IMG/VR virus record: IMGVR_UViG_3300038829_000127
Coordinates: 4,975 to 68,974 of that record
DNA length: 64,000 nucleotides
Direction: 5' to 3' (one strand)
Source: a virus
Position 1 is the first letter of the stretch, and every line of letters begins with the position of its first letter. Below the pieces are notes generated by a model. That model did not search any database. It saw only the letters and a program-made list of their open reading frames with translations, and was not told where the DNA came from. Position numbers and translations under genes: made by a program. Below are positions 35,864 through 45,325 of this stretch, piece after piece.

Positions 35864-36108
35864 ATGTCCAGCTCCGCGTTGCATTCTTCCTCGTGCTCAA
35901 TCAGCTTGTCCAGGTAGTGGGCACATTTTTTCAGATCCTCCACGCCACCCTTGTCATCGCACCGGGCAATGTAACGAATCACATTGCCGCGGAGGAACCC
36001 CTTGAACTGCTCAGGGCTCATCCAGGCTTTCATGGCGTCCCAGGGCTGAATGGCCTTGTCCTTGTAGTGCGAGCCGCCAACCTGACGGTCGTCTGCTGTG
36101 GCTTCCAT
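35860..36108 (-). CDS. DUF3310 (SaV-like) protein
   Basis: QVGGSHY...IQPWD...GFLRGNVIRY..R...KGG.EDL.K. Confidence 0.88.
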   Translation of the reverse strand: MEATADDRQVGGSHYKDKAIQPWDAMKAWMSPEQFKGFLRGNVIRYIARCDDKGGVEDLKKCAHYLDKLIEHEEECNAELDI

Positions 36109-36365
36109 CAGTACAACGGCACTCTGAAAAGAGAAGCCCGCTTCGTCAGCATCCGACACAGGAGCGCGTCGATGGTGCCACCGGGCAGATTGGACTCGAG
36201 GAGGTCGGCTATCACCTCGGCGTCGGCCTGGTAGAGTTCAGCATACTTTTTCCGCCAATCAGGGGAATGGTCCTCTTTGGGCATGGGGGTGTTGATGTGC
36301 AACTCGGCCATCTTGCGGGGATCACTGCCCATTGGGTCTGCGGCGTGGACGGTGATGCTGGTCAT
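36108..36365 (-). CDS. hypothetical protein
   Basis: ORF track; coupled start/stop codons. Confidence 0.6.
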   Translation of the reverse strand: MTSITVHAADPMGSDPRKMAELHINTPMPKEDHSPDWRKKYAELYQADAEVIADLLESNLPGGTIDALLCRMLTKRASLFRVPLY

Positions 36366-38821
36366 AGTGCCTCCGTTTCTAAGGGCTGTTGAGTGTCTGC
36401 CGCAATCTCGATTGCGTCAGACGGCCAAGTCATCTTTCCGAACTTCTTCTCCCACCCTCTGCGGGCCTCGGCCAGACTGCCGACATTCCACATATTGATG
36501 TAGTCCGTGCTGGCCCCATTCCCATTGCCGTTCTCCCCGGGCCAGGCGTGGGCGTCCTTCGACTTGTAGCTCTTGATATGCGGCAACGCCGATGACAAAA
36601 ACCGGCCCAGGGCTGTTGCATTGCCTCTCCGCGAATGGTGCCACCGCTCCGTGTACTTCACGTAGTCGTCCACCAACTCATCCTTCACGATCTGGGCGTC
36701 CCACTGGCTTGAGGTACGATACACCCGTCCGTTGACCAGTTTCTCGTACCACCAGTTGCCTTCAGCATCCAGACTCTGCAGCTTCTGGTCCTGCAGGGCT
36801 TCAGTAAACGGCACCTCGCGCACGTTGAACTTGGAGAGGTCCATCTCGAGAAGCATCTTGAGAAGGGCGGGACGGCCGCCTTTTTCGAGCTGCTTTTCAA
36901 TACGCTCGAAATAGGCGCCCTTCTGCTTGGCGTCGTGGTCCGGTATTGCAAACACCACAAACCGCCGCTCATCCTCGCCTGCAGGCACGATGTGCTCGGC
37001 ATTCGAAGCCAGCAGCATGTGCACGCAGTTGCCCGCCTGGTGCGTCACCCGCCCCTTGGGCTCCACGGACATCTGCCGTTCCGTGATCAGGGCCTTCATC
37101 ACCGAGACGTGCCGGGTGTCCCTGGGCGCGTAGGCTTCGTCGGCAAACACGAATACCGCCGTCTCCATGTGCTCGTTGAACTTGCCTACCAACTGCTCGG
37201 GCTGTGACAGGTGGATGAAGTGGCTCCCGAACAGCCGGCCGAACCCCTGGGCGGCCACGCCCTTGCCAACACCCTGACCGCCCTTGAAGACCAGCGCGGT
37301 GTGCCCGGGGGAGCCGGGGAACTGGACGCAGTTGGCCATCCACTTCAAGAGGTAGTCGTACAGCACGTCGTTGTTGTCGCAGATGTTGGCGCGGAGATGC
37401 TGCAGGTACAGGCTGCAATCCCCATCCTTGGGTTCGACTGTGAATCCTCGCCACAGGTTGTAGGCGCCCGGAATCTCTTTGCCTGGGGCGAACACCATGT
37501 AGTCGTAGTAACGGCGGAGAGTGTGGTTGAGCCACCACTTGCCCAGGGGCATGGTCTTCCCGTTGCCTACATCCACTTTCTGGTTGCAGTAGCGGTTTGC
37601 AAAGTCTTCAAAGGATGAGGTGGTCATGTAGGTGCGATCGAGGAGTGGATCAAAGATTTCCTCGATCACCCGGCACCTCCCGTCGATGCTCCCAATCACA
37701 CAGAACTGATCGTTCAGCCGCCGCAGCGCAGGCTCCTCAATCTCATCCCCAGCCCGGGCGATCTGGCGCAGGGCGTACCGCTCCGCGGTGCTGCGCTTCT
37801 CGAGGACCGATTCACTGATGCCGAAAGTGGGGTCGGTGATGATCGCGTAGATCGTGGCCTTGGGCACACGGCGGCGCAGGAGCTGGCAGCAGACGTGAAA
37901 GAGCCAGGCGCTACGGCTGTTGTCGCCCACAGATTCACCGGGGACGCTTCCCTGGGCGATAGCGATCTTGATGTTGTCCGGTACGCCCCACTCGTCCAAT
38001 TCATCCACCGTGACGATGGCTGCGGCCTTCGTAAGCGGTACTTGATCATCTTTGCCGATGGTGCCTGTCGTGCCTGAAGGCGGGCACGACACCTTCTTGA
38101 AGTCCTCGATGGGGTAGACCAGCTCGGGGCTGAAAGACACGAGCTGGGCTAAAGCCCTTGTTCTCCCTTTCTTGATCTTCTTTGCATCGGGGATGTTAAT
38201 GGTACCGGGGATGCGCATGATCCGATCAATGTTGTGACAGTGATCGGCGCCGAAGGCCAGTTCCAGGAACTGATTGTAGCCCTTAGCCTCTTCAGCAGCG
38301 GCCAGATCCCCGTTGATGGGGATGGGCAGGCTGAGCTTCCAGAAGCCCTGATAGCCGCCACCCGAGAAGACGACCACAGTGGGCGGTGGAACGTGCTCAG
38401 GCAGACTGGTGGTGAGAAGGGCGAGCGCACGAGCCTGTTCTTCCAGAACATTCTCGCCCGCTCTGGGGTCGATATCGACGTGAAGCCACGCGACCTCGCG
38501 CACGTCCTGGCGTTCAGCCTTCTTCTCTACCTTGTGCAGCAACGGGTTGACGTGGAAGTACAGATTCATCTTCCCGTTGTGCTTCCCAATGAAGTCCCGG
38601 GCGCCGTCCAGCGTCTCGAAAGTACCGCCGAGAATCTTCTTCTTATCAGGCTGAATGGCTGTCAGGGCCCACGGCCCCTCGGGTGCCCACTGGGCTAGAA
38701 AATCGCAGGCCGCGCCAGTGTCGCCTTCCAGTAGCGGATCAGTTTCTTGCACGACACTGGCTCCATTTTCCCGGTCATCCGAGACAGTCTCTTTTCCCCT
38801 CTCTCCATCATCACGACCCAT
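36362..38821 (-). CDS. primase-helicase (RepB/AEP-like primase + D5/DUF5906 SF3 ATPase)
   Basis: LHVDID, FSGGGYQGFW, RIMRIPGTIN; Walker A GGQGVGKG, Walker B FADE; start uncertain. Confidence 0.88.
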   Translation of the reverse strand: MGRDDGERGKETVSDDRENGASVVQETDPLLEGDTGAACDFLAQWAPEGPWALTAIQPDKKKILGGTFETLDGARDFIGKHNGKMNLYFHVNPLLHKVEKKAERQDVREVAWLHVDIDPRAGENVLEEQARALALLTTSLPEHVPPPTVVVFSGGGYQGFWKLSLPIPINGDLAAAEEAKGYNQFLELAFGADHCHNIDRIMRIPGTINIPDAKKIKKGRTRALAQLVSFSPELVYPIEDFKKVSCPPSGTTGTIGKDDQVPLTKAAAIVTVDELDEWGVPDNIKIAIAQGSVPGESVGDNSRSAWLFHVCCQLLRRRVPKATIYAIITDPTFGISESVLEKRSTAERYALRQIARAGDEIEEPALRRLNDQFCVIGSIDGRCRVIEEIFDPLLDRTYMTTSSFEDFANRYCNQKVDVGNGKTMPLGKWWLNHTLRRYYDYMVFAPGKEIPGAYNLWRGFTVEPKDGDCSLYLQHLRANICDNNDVLYDYLLKWMANCVQFPGSPGHTALVFKGGQGVGKGVAAQGFGRLFGSHFIHLSQPEQLVGKFNEHMETAVFVFADEAYAPRDTRHVSVMKALITERQMSVEPKGRVTHQAGNCVHMLLASNAEHIVPAGEDERRFVVFAIPDHDAKQKGAYFERIEKQLEKGGRPALLKMLLEMDLSKFNVREVPFTEALQDQKLQSLDAEGNWWYEKLVNGRVYRTSSQWDAQIVKDELVDDYVKYTERWHHSRRGNATALGRFLSSALPHIKSYKSKDAHAWPGENGNGNGASTDYINMWNVGSLAEARRGWEKKFGKMTWPSDAIEIAADTQQPLETEAL

Positions 38822-39126
38822 TGCCGTGTGACCCCGATCTCCCGGGCCAGCCGGGATTGTGTCCAGTGTGCCCGTCTACGGGCGAGAATGCAGTATTCTC
38901 GCTCGGAGACGGTACATCCGCCGCCTTTCACCACGACCCTGCCGTGGTGTGGCGTATCAGGATAATCCCCGTACTCAAACCGTTGGAGCTTGCTGCGTTG
39001 CACTTTCAGCTTCCCGGCCATCCGGGGCTGCTTCCAGCCCAGCCGCAATCGTTTCAGGAAGAGGCGTTCTGCCCAGGAGATTTTGAAAGACAGCTTCTCA
39101 GGGATGCGTCGTTCAGTGGCCGCCAT
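38695..39126 (-). CDS. double XRE-type HTH protein
   Basis: two HTH-like units (WKQPRMAGKL; WTQSRLAREIGVTRQWV..MERG). Confidence 0.7.
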   Translation of the reverse strand: MAATERRIPEKLSFKISWAERLFLKRLRLGWKQPRMAGKLKVQRSKLQRFEYGDYPDTPHHGRVVVKGGGCTVSEREYCILARRRAHWTQSRLAREIGVTRQWVVMMERGEKRLSRMTGKMEPVSCKKLIRYWKATLARPAIF

Positions 39127-39473
39127 GTCATCGTCGCCTCTCGGTACAGAACTGCTTTCGTGGACCGGCCCACGAACTCGGCTGCTTGTTCACCGTTGAA
39201 CAGGAGCCAGTCCTTGGCCACTTGCAACAGCAGGTAGGCACGACCGCCCATCCGCCAGCGGCGGCGGAGCGTGGTGCGCTGCTGCTGGGTGAAGTGGGGA
39301 ATTAGGACGGGGCTGGTCGGCTTCACCGGCCATGCACGTACCCACTTGTTTTCGAGTAAGCCGTCAATGTAGCTCATATCAGGGAAGCCCGGGTGTGCGG
39401 TGTTCTCGACCCGTAAGGGGTCGAAGGGCTTGAGTGCCTTGCTCACTCGGGTGGACATGGTGGACTCGCTCAC
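39054..39473 (-). CDS. PD-(D/E)XK nuclease / Holliday junction resolvase-like
   Basis: RVEN...PGFPD......ENK...F...Q......GG. Confidence 0.7.
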   Translation of the reverse strand: MSESTMSTRVSKALKPFDPLRVENTAHPGFPDMSYIDGLLENKWVRAWPVKPTSPVLIPHFTQQQRTTLRRRWRMGGRAYLLLQVAKDWLLFNGEQAAEFVGRSTKAVLYREATMTWRPLNDASLRSCLSKSPGQNASS

Positions 39474-39778
39474 AGTTGTCTCCGGGGCGCGTCTAGCGAA
39501 TCGGAGACAACATCCATATTGCAACGCTTCCACCACCACACGCTATGCCGTCCCGCTTCGATTTCAGGCACATGCGCCACGAGCCAATCGCCACGTTCCT
39601 TGCTGATCGTAGCGATGCGCCGAAAGCCATTGGCTCTGAAAAGTTTCCCATCTGCATCCGCCACCAGGTACCTGTCACGGAACCTGCCATGGTAAAAACC
39701 GACCGCGAATTGGTCCCCAGGATCCCCGTCCCTGTACTTTGTGGCCAGCACGTAGTCTCCGGGCTCGAGCGGTTTCAT
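39470..39778 (-). CDS. conserved hypothetical protein
   Basis: GDYVLATKY.DGDPGD...VGF motif. Confidence 0.65.
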   Translation of the reverse strand: MKPLEPGDYVLATKYRDGDPGDQFAVGFYHGRFRDRYLVADADGKLFRANGFRRIATISKERGDWLVAHVPEIEAGRHSVWWWKRCNMDVVSDSLDAPRRQL

Positions 39779-40155
39779 ATTTGTTCCTCTGTGAAGTCTT
39801 CGGCGGTTAGCCCGGCCACATCCCGATTGGCCGACTGCTCCACCGGAGTGGCCCAGCGCAGGTTCCATACTACGTTGTTCTGGCGGCAGCGGTCGATGTG
39901 ATCGACGGTGCAGCCCTCAAACGGAGGCTCCCCTAAGAAGGCCAGTGCGACTGCCCGATGGACGTAGAACTTACGTCGACGACTGTTTCCCACCCGGTAG
40001 TAGAAGGCCATGTACCCCTTGGGCTGCTCCTGGGGGATCAGGGGCACCTGTCTGGTCCTGTGTCGCACTTCCCCGTCGTCACTTACTTCGTAATTGATGA
40101 TGCCCGGGATGGGGCGCCAACCGGCCAGGAGGGCGTATTGAGTGGTCACTTGCAC
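39775..40155 (-). CDS. NUMOD4-like/HNH homing endonuclease
   Basis: WRPIPG..NYEVSD.G.VR; YVHRAVA.AF; VDHIDR.R.NN...NLRW. Confidence 0.9.
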   Translation of the reverse strand: MQVTTQYALLAGWRPIPGIINYEVSDDGEVRHRTRQVPLIPQEQPKGYMAFYYRVGNSRRRKFYVHRAVALAFLGEPPFEGCTVDHIDRCRQNNVVWNLRWATPVEQSANRDVAGLTAEDFTEEQI

Positions 40156-40358
40156 TTGGCCTTCCTCGCGCCCCTCTCGTGGAAGGCCAACGTCATGTGC
40201 AGAACCGTATTTCCAACACCGATTTGACCCGAGGCCCGGATCGCACAGCCACCAGTGCTAATGTCCATTTTCTCCCAGCGACGGAGCCAGGCTCGATCAG
40301 CATCGTTCTCAGGGATCAGCGTCAGGCTGTCGCCATAGCTTCCGACCTCGGCTCTCAC
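40146..40358 (-). CDS. hypothetical protein
   Basis: ORF track; overlap coupling. Confidence 0.5.
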   Translation of the reverse strand: MRAEVGSYGDSLTLIPENDADRAWLRRWEKMDISTGGCAIRASGQIGVGNTVLHMTLAFHERGARKAKCK

Positions 40359-40807
40359 TTGCCCACCAGCGCCTTCCCGAGAGCCGTGATTCGACAGCGA
40401 GTATGCAGCCCATCTTCAGTCTGCCCCACTTCAACCAGCAAGCCCAGCCGTCGCAACCGTACTGTGCAGGAGTACCGTACATTGTCGTGGTACTCGCCGC
40501 TGTTGCCTTCCAGATGATCCGCGCTGGACAACAGGCTCAGGATGGATAGCTCATCCTCGTTCAAGCCCAGGTCGCGGACCAGGCGTTCCCGCTGGGCTAT
40601 CAGTTCTATGGCGGCCAGATGCGGATTGGCTTCCTTCCAAGGCGGGAGTTCCAGCATGGGGGTTGCTGGCCTGTGGCTCGGATCGTTGAACTCGACTTTG
40701 CCAACCTGGCATGGTGCGTTGTGCATGGGACGGGTGTCCTCACAGTAATGCGCATCGCCCACGGTGAAGTTTCCGCCGCACTTCAGGCAGGTTGCTTCGG
40801 TGCTCAC
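40355..40807 (-). CDS. hypothetical protein, possible C-terminal winged helix
   Basis: ORF track; GTGA coupling. Confidence 0.55.
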   Translation of the reverse strand: MSTEATCLKCGGNFTVGDAHYCEDTRPMHNAPCQVGKVEFNDPSHRPATPMLELPPWKEANPHLAAIELIAQRERLVRDLGLNEDELSILSLLSSADHLEGNSGEYHDNVRYSCTVRLRRLGLLVEVGQTEDGLHTRCRITALGKALVGK

Positions 40808-41040
40808 TTTACCTTCTCCTTGGCTGCCAGGCACTCATCCACGATGCGCTCAATGTACGCCACAAAACTGTGGTCGAAAGCAAGAGCATCGGGTGCCGCT
40901 GCCCGTAGACCTACCTGCGTTAATAGCTGACGTTGGGCGCGAAGCATGGTTATGGCGCATCGAATTGCATCGGTGGGTGGGTTGGCCGACAAGAAAGCGA
41001 CATGATGCTCTAGTGCGTCTGCGACCTCTTCCGGGCTCAT
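40804..41040 (-). CDS. hypothetical protein
   Basis: ORF track; ATGA coupling. Confidence 0.55.
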   Translation of the reverse strand: MSPEEVADALEHHVAFLSANPPTDAIRCAITMLRAQRQLLTQVGLRAAAPDALAFDHSFVAYIERIVDECLAAKEKVK

Positions 41041-41567
41041 GGCTGCGGCTCCATCCACGTAGCTACTTCGCCCACCAGCCACCGCTGTTCAGGCGTCAGG
41101 TGCTTCCCCTTGCTCTCCAGGTTCATCTGCACTGATTCGGTCCATGTCCACGGAGAATCGTCGTAGCCCTTCCGGGCGCCCCACCAGTCGCAGACCATTT
41201 CGATGATGTCCAAGAATGACATGCCGGTGATACCAAGATCGTAGGCCACGACCTCGGAGCCCACGAGGTTCATGCCGTGGTGCTCCGCATGGTGCGTATT
41301 CCGCGAGTAGTGCAGGTCGATCGTGGCCCGCTCCTGCTGCATGGACTCTTTGTACTCCGGGCTCCCGAACTTGTTCACCCGGGCAATCGCGTTGATCCGG
41401 GCGAAGCCGGCAAACTCATCGTCCAGCATCTTGCTGGCGTCGTGCTCGAGGGACCGGCGCTCCAGTTCGTGGATGACGCGGAGCAGGGCCAGGCGCACGT
41501 AGTCGCGGTGGCGGCTGTAGGAGCGGAGGAGGCCGAAGGCGTCGTTGGGTGTGTAGTCGTCGGTCAT
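41037..41567 (-). CDS. DUF5662-like HD-type protein
   Basis: HRDYV, HDASK, HYSRNTHHAEH, DIIEMVCDW. Confidence 0.75.
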   Translation of the reverse strand: MTDDYTPNDAFGLLRSYSRHRDYVRLALLRVIHELERRSLEHDASKMLDDEFAGFARINAIARVNKFGSPEYKESMQQERATIDLHYSRNTHHAEHHGMNLVGSEVVAYDLGITGMSFLDIIEMVCDWWGARKGYDDSPWTWTESVQMNLESKGKHLTPEQRWLVGEVATWMEPQP

Positions 41568-43555
41568 TTCGCTTCCCCCCATGAGGGACCGGTTTCCACA
41601 TCCACCCGGAACGGGAGTTCAGCTTTCATGCAGCCTGCCATGATCTCGGCGGCTTTGTGGGCAATCTCTACAGTTTCCACGGAAGAATCCACCTCGTCAT
41701 GGACCTGCAGTTGTAGCGGGAACTCGTCCCGCATCTCCCGGTCTAAGTCCACCATGGCCTGCTTCACCTGATCGGCGCCGGATCCCTGGATGAGCCGGTT
41801 GAGGGCCTTGTAGGTCCACTCGAAGTTTCCGTCTGCCCCCTGTGGGAAATGCAGTTTACGCCCGCCCGCGGTGGTGATGTAGCCTCTTTCCTGGGCCTTG
41901 TCCGATGCTTTGTAGGCCAGGGCCCGGACGTAGGGCACCCGGGCGTTGAACTGATCCAGAATGGCCTGCCCTTCCTCGCCGGCCGCCTCCCACACCTTCT
42001 TACGGGTAAATTTCAGGGATGCCTTCTTGGCCTCGGCCTCGGTGGCGAAGAACTCCACCCGGTAACCAGGGGTACCCCGGGCTCCGGTGCCCAGCGCCCA
42101 GCGGGTCGGCAGCTTCAGGGTGTGGCAGACCTTGGCCCCACCCTCCCCGTAGCAGATGCCCAGGTAGAGCCCCTTGGCCAGCTTGCGCTTCAGCCCGGTC
42201 AAATCGGCCATGAACTGGTGGTCATCCAGGGTCGGATCTGTGCGGTATTTCTCGATCACCTCTCGAGCCTTAGGCAAATTGAGCAGACCGGCGAAATGCG
42301 TCGTCCAACGGGGCTCTTGAGCCTTAAAATCGCAACTGGCCCATACCTTCCCATTGTCGGGGCGGTAGATCGACCTCCAGCGGGCTGCAAAATCGTCGCG
42401 TGACGGCTGCTGTTGAAGATTTGGGAAGGCGCAACTCATTCTGCCGTAACGAACTCCATGGATCCCCTTGCCCACTCCCTCGTTCTCCCGGGCAATCTGG
42501 CGAAACGACGGGTGGATGCGGCCATTGATCATGTGTTTCCGTACCGACTCCACGAACGTCGTCCGCAGCTTGTTTAGCTTCCGGGCTCGCATGATGGCCT
42601 CGGCCACCGGATGCCCGGAGGCGGCCTCATCCGGGGAGGTGCGGTAGGACTTCAGGAACTCCTGATCCACAGATACATTGTCCTCGGCCGTGAAGTTGGG
42701 CTCGATCCCAACGGCGCGGAGGGCGCGGGCCAGTTCATCGGCTTTCCAGATAGACTCAACTCCCAGCCGTACTCCGGTCAGGGCGTGAAGCTCATCCAAC
42801 TTCCCCAGTTCTTCCTTCCGCGCCCAAACCTCAATCTCATCCAGTCTCTGGGTGTCAACGGCCACGCCTCTGCGCTGCATTCTCACGAGGACCGGGATCA
42901 ACTTCGACTCGAGCGCGTAAATCTTCTCCAGCCCCTGATCCTCAATAGCCGACTCCTGCCTCCGCAAAAGCGCCAGCGGGAGTCGGACATCTTGTTCGGC
43001 GTAGGCCCCCACATAAGTAGCTGGCATCTGCCACAGCCCACCCTTGGGGTTGACCCGGAACTCTCGTGCCGCGGCCAGCAGGAGCGTTTCGTCCTTGCCT
43101 GGCAGGCCGTGGCGCTTGGCGACGGCATCCAGGGCGTATGACTCCTGCAGCTCGTCCAGCAGGACTTCGGTGACGAGTACATCGCGGAACATGCGCGGGG
43201 CGAAGTCGATGCCCTCGTTGAGCAGGAACTCCAGGTCGTACTGCAGGTTGGCACCGACGAGATCTCCGCGAAAGGCGCCAGCCTGTTCGCGGAGATATCG
43301 TAGGACCCCATCTTCATCCATGTTCCCCCCGCCCAGGTGTCGAATGGGCAGGTAGTGCGCCGGGCCGTCCTCGATGGCGAAGGATACCCCGACGAGATAG
43401 GCCCCTCGTCGGGGGCCGGGGCCCAGGGTCTTGAGCGTGGGATCTCTCGTCTCAACGTCAATGGCCACCCTCCGTGCGTTGGCCCATGAGGGCAGGGACG
43501 TGATGGACGGTGGGGCCCAGGTGGAGTCAGGGGCGAGCAAGGAAAACTGCATCAC
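41564..43555 (-). CDS. polA: family A DNA polymerase with 3'-5' exonuclease
   Basis: ExoI DVET, ExoII NLQYD, ExoIII YAEQD; motif A DFKAQEPR, motif B RKLAKGLYLGICYG, motif C VHDE. Confidence 0.95.
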   Translation of the reverse strand: MMQFSLLAPDSTWAPPSITSLPSWANARRVAIDVETRDPTLKTLGPGPRRGAYLVGVSFAIEDGPAHYLPIRHLGGGNMDEDGVLRYLREQAGAFRGDLVGANLQYDLEFLLNEGIDFAPRMFRDVLVTEVLLDELQESYALDAVAKRHGLPGKDETLLLAAAREFRVNPKGGLWQMPATYVGAYAEQDVRLPLALLRRQESAIEDQGLEKIYALESKLIPVLVRMQRRGVAVDTQRLDEIEVWARKEELGKLDELHALTGVRLGVESIWKADELARALRAVGIEPNFTAEDNVSVDQEFLKSYRTSPDEAASGHPVAEAIMRARKLNKLRTTFVESVRKHMINGRIHPSFRQIARENEGVGKGIHGVRYGRMSCAFPNLQQQPSRDDFAARWRSIYRPDNGKVWASCDFKAQEPRWTTHFAGLLNLPKAREVIEKYRTDPTLDDHQFMADLTGLKRKLAKGLYLGICYGEGGAKVCHTLKLPTRWALGTGARGTPGYRVEFFATEAEAKKASLKFTRKKVWEAAGEEGQAILDQFNARVPYVRALAYKASDKAQERGYITTAGGRKLHFPQGADGNFEWTYKALNRLIQGSGADQVKQAMVDLDREMRDEFPLQLQVHDEVDSSVETVEIAHKAAEIMAGCMKAELPFRVDVETGPSWGEAK

Positions 43556-43845
43556 TTCTCCGACAATCGTTGCAAGGTTTTAGCCAGCTCGCCACAAGCC
43601 TTCCTGGCCATGTTGATCGCCGCCGCCGTCTCATCCCCAGGGGCAATGACAGCCTGTATTGCCGCGTCCTCATCCCCCGCGCCGTAGTCACCGGACCAGA
43701 CCCATTCGAGGTCGTGGAGGGCTGTTTCCACCTTCCGCAGATGGGCGGCGAAGGCTTTGTGCAGGGGGCGGTCACCGCGGTGCGCGATTTCTGCTGCGGC
43801 ATCGCCTACTTTGAAGCAGAGGTAGTCCATGCTGCCGCCGCTCAC
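43552..43845 (-). CDS. conserved hypothetical protein
   Basis: MSGGSMDYL...LHDLEWV.SGD motif. Confidence 0.65.
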   Translation of the reverse strand: MSGGSMDYLCFKVGDAAAEIAHRGDRPLHKAFAAHLRKVETALHDLEWVWSGDYGAGDEDAAIQAVIAPGDETAAAINMARKACGELAKTLQRLSEK

Positions 43846-44744
43846 TGTGCCTCCATGTGGTTAGTCTCAGAAACTGACAACTCGGTGGCCCGAGTTATCA
43901 GTGGCCGAAACCACCGTGCCGGGGTCAACCGCCGATCCCCGCGGGCCCACTTGGCCGCGTACATCGTGTAGTCATGGTAAAGGGCGAGGGCGCGTTCAGC
44001 GTCCTCGGCCTTTACAAAGGACATCTCCCTGCGGTCAGCCTCAACCATCAGCGAGTGCAATGCGGGAATGAATCTCCGCTGCATGGTGATGCCGTTGTGT
44101 GGGCTAAAGCCCAGCACCTCGGCAATCGGCACAGAGACATTCGCCCAGGTCATCCGGTCGATTGCCGTTTCCCCGACCACATCCAGCGCCATCTCGTAGC
44201 CCAACGGACAACAGCGTGCCCGATGTATCCCTGTGGCCATGCGCTTCTGCACGGCAGCATGGGCTGTCTCGACATAGCTCGTGTTCAGCACGTCCGGTTC
44301 ATTGTCGAAGATCCAGCAAGCAGCCAGCAGGCCGTCTATTGGGGCGGCATGCTCAGATACCCGGGTGCTGGCCGTTGGGCTGAACAGGCGGTTGGCCTTC
44401 CCACACATACGGAGCACCCGGGCCACGTACCTTGCCCACTTGTCGAAGTGGTACGGCTCAAGCAGCACGGGGCGCAGGTGGGTTAGGAGGCTGAGACGGT
44501 TCACCAGGCGGCAGAGGGTCACCGCACGGGCCATGTGTCGTCTCCCCCGAAGAGGGGAGACGACTTGCTCTCGGATCCACTTCGTTGTGGGATCCAGTTC
44601 CCTGCGGGTGTTCGGGAAGTGGAGGTGGTTGAGCACCGGATCCTTCGACCAGGGCCACTCCTGCCCGGCTATTCGCCGGTCACGAATGGCCTGACGCTCG
44701 GCAACGAGCCAGAACAATTTGTCCAGGTCAATCCCGATAGCCAT
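43842..44744 (-). CDS. diverged 5-hmdU DNA kinase (aGPT-Pplase1) family protein
   Basis: FWLVAERQAI..RR.AG..WPWS.DPVL...HF.NTRRELD.TT.W N-terminus; GYEMALD and WAN C-terminal remnants. Confidence 0.75.
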   Translation of the reverse strand: MAIGIDLDKLFWLVAERQAIRDRRIAGQEWPWSKDPVLNHLHFPNTRRELDPTTKWIREQVVSPLRGRRHMARAVTLCRLVNRLSLLTHLRPVLLEPYHFDKWARYVARVLRMCGKANRLFSPTASTRVSEHAAPIDGLLAACWIFDNEPDVLNTSYVETAHAAVQKRMATGIHRARCCPLGYEMALDVVGETAIDRMTWANVSVPIAEVLGFSPHNGITMQRRFIPALHSLMVEADRREMSFVKAEDAERALALYHDYTMYAAKWARGDRRLTPARWFRPLITRATELSVSETNHMEAQ

Positions 44745-44922
44745 CAGGTTCTCCGTTAATCGCTTCTCTGACAGCCTCCCGAATCTGGTACTCGGTTATC
44801 TCACTGGCTGGCTGTCCGCACCTGGGGCAATGCGGCTCAGTTTCGGCCATGCGGGAGTCCAACTCCTCGGGCCAGCCTACCCAGTCGCATTCGTCGCAGG
44901 TGTACATGTAGTGGCTGGCCAC
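44728..44922 (-). CDS. small zinc-ribbon protein
   Basis: CDEC and CPRC. Confidence 0.55.
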   Translation of the reverse strand: MASHYMYTCDECDWVGWPEELDSRMAETEPHCPRCGQPASEITEYQIREAVREAINGEPDGYRD

Positions 44923-45116
44923 TAGAACCCCAGCTCCGCCAGCACCTCTTCCACCATCGTCACCTGCTTCTCCGAAAGCGAGAAGCCCCTCACCGTCACG
45001 AGGCGGTAGATGTCCTCCAGCAACGTGTACTGCCGCTCGACCACGTTCGTTTCTTCGTTCTCCTCGTAGTCCTCGATCGCGGCGTGGACTCGGGCCATCA
45101 GGGCGTCGTGGTTCAT
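44922..45116 (-). CDS. hypothetical protein
   Basis: GGAGG SD before ATG 45116. Confidence 0.55.
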   Translation of the reverse strand: MNHDALMARVHAAIEDYEENEETNVVERQYTLLEDIYRLVTVRGFSLSEKQVTMVEEVLAELGF

Positions 45117-45325
45117 TGGAGCCTCCGTTGAGCCTCGTATTGTTCCTTGCTGATCGGTTCGATTTGCAACGTCACCCGATCCACATCCCACCGAAACTTG
45201 TGGGCAGCCCACGCCTCGGCCCGGGAGCGGATCGAAGTGTCGCTTGCGCCCCAATCCACTGTTTCAGCCTGAGCAACACCACCAAGCCGCGCCGTAATCT
45301 TCACGTAGGGCATACCTTCCCCCAC
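45113..45325 (-). CDS. hypothetical protein
   Basis: ORF track. Confidence 0.5.
   Translation of the reverse strand: MGEGMPYVKITARLGGVAQAETVDWGASDTSIRSRAEAWAAHKFRWDVDRVTLQIEPISKEQYEAQRRLQ

Noticed and set aside
39775-40155. HNH gene as part of a group I intron
   Set aside because: It is free-standing and coupled to its neighbours; no interrupted gene or intron core seen
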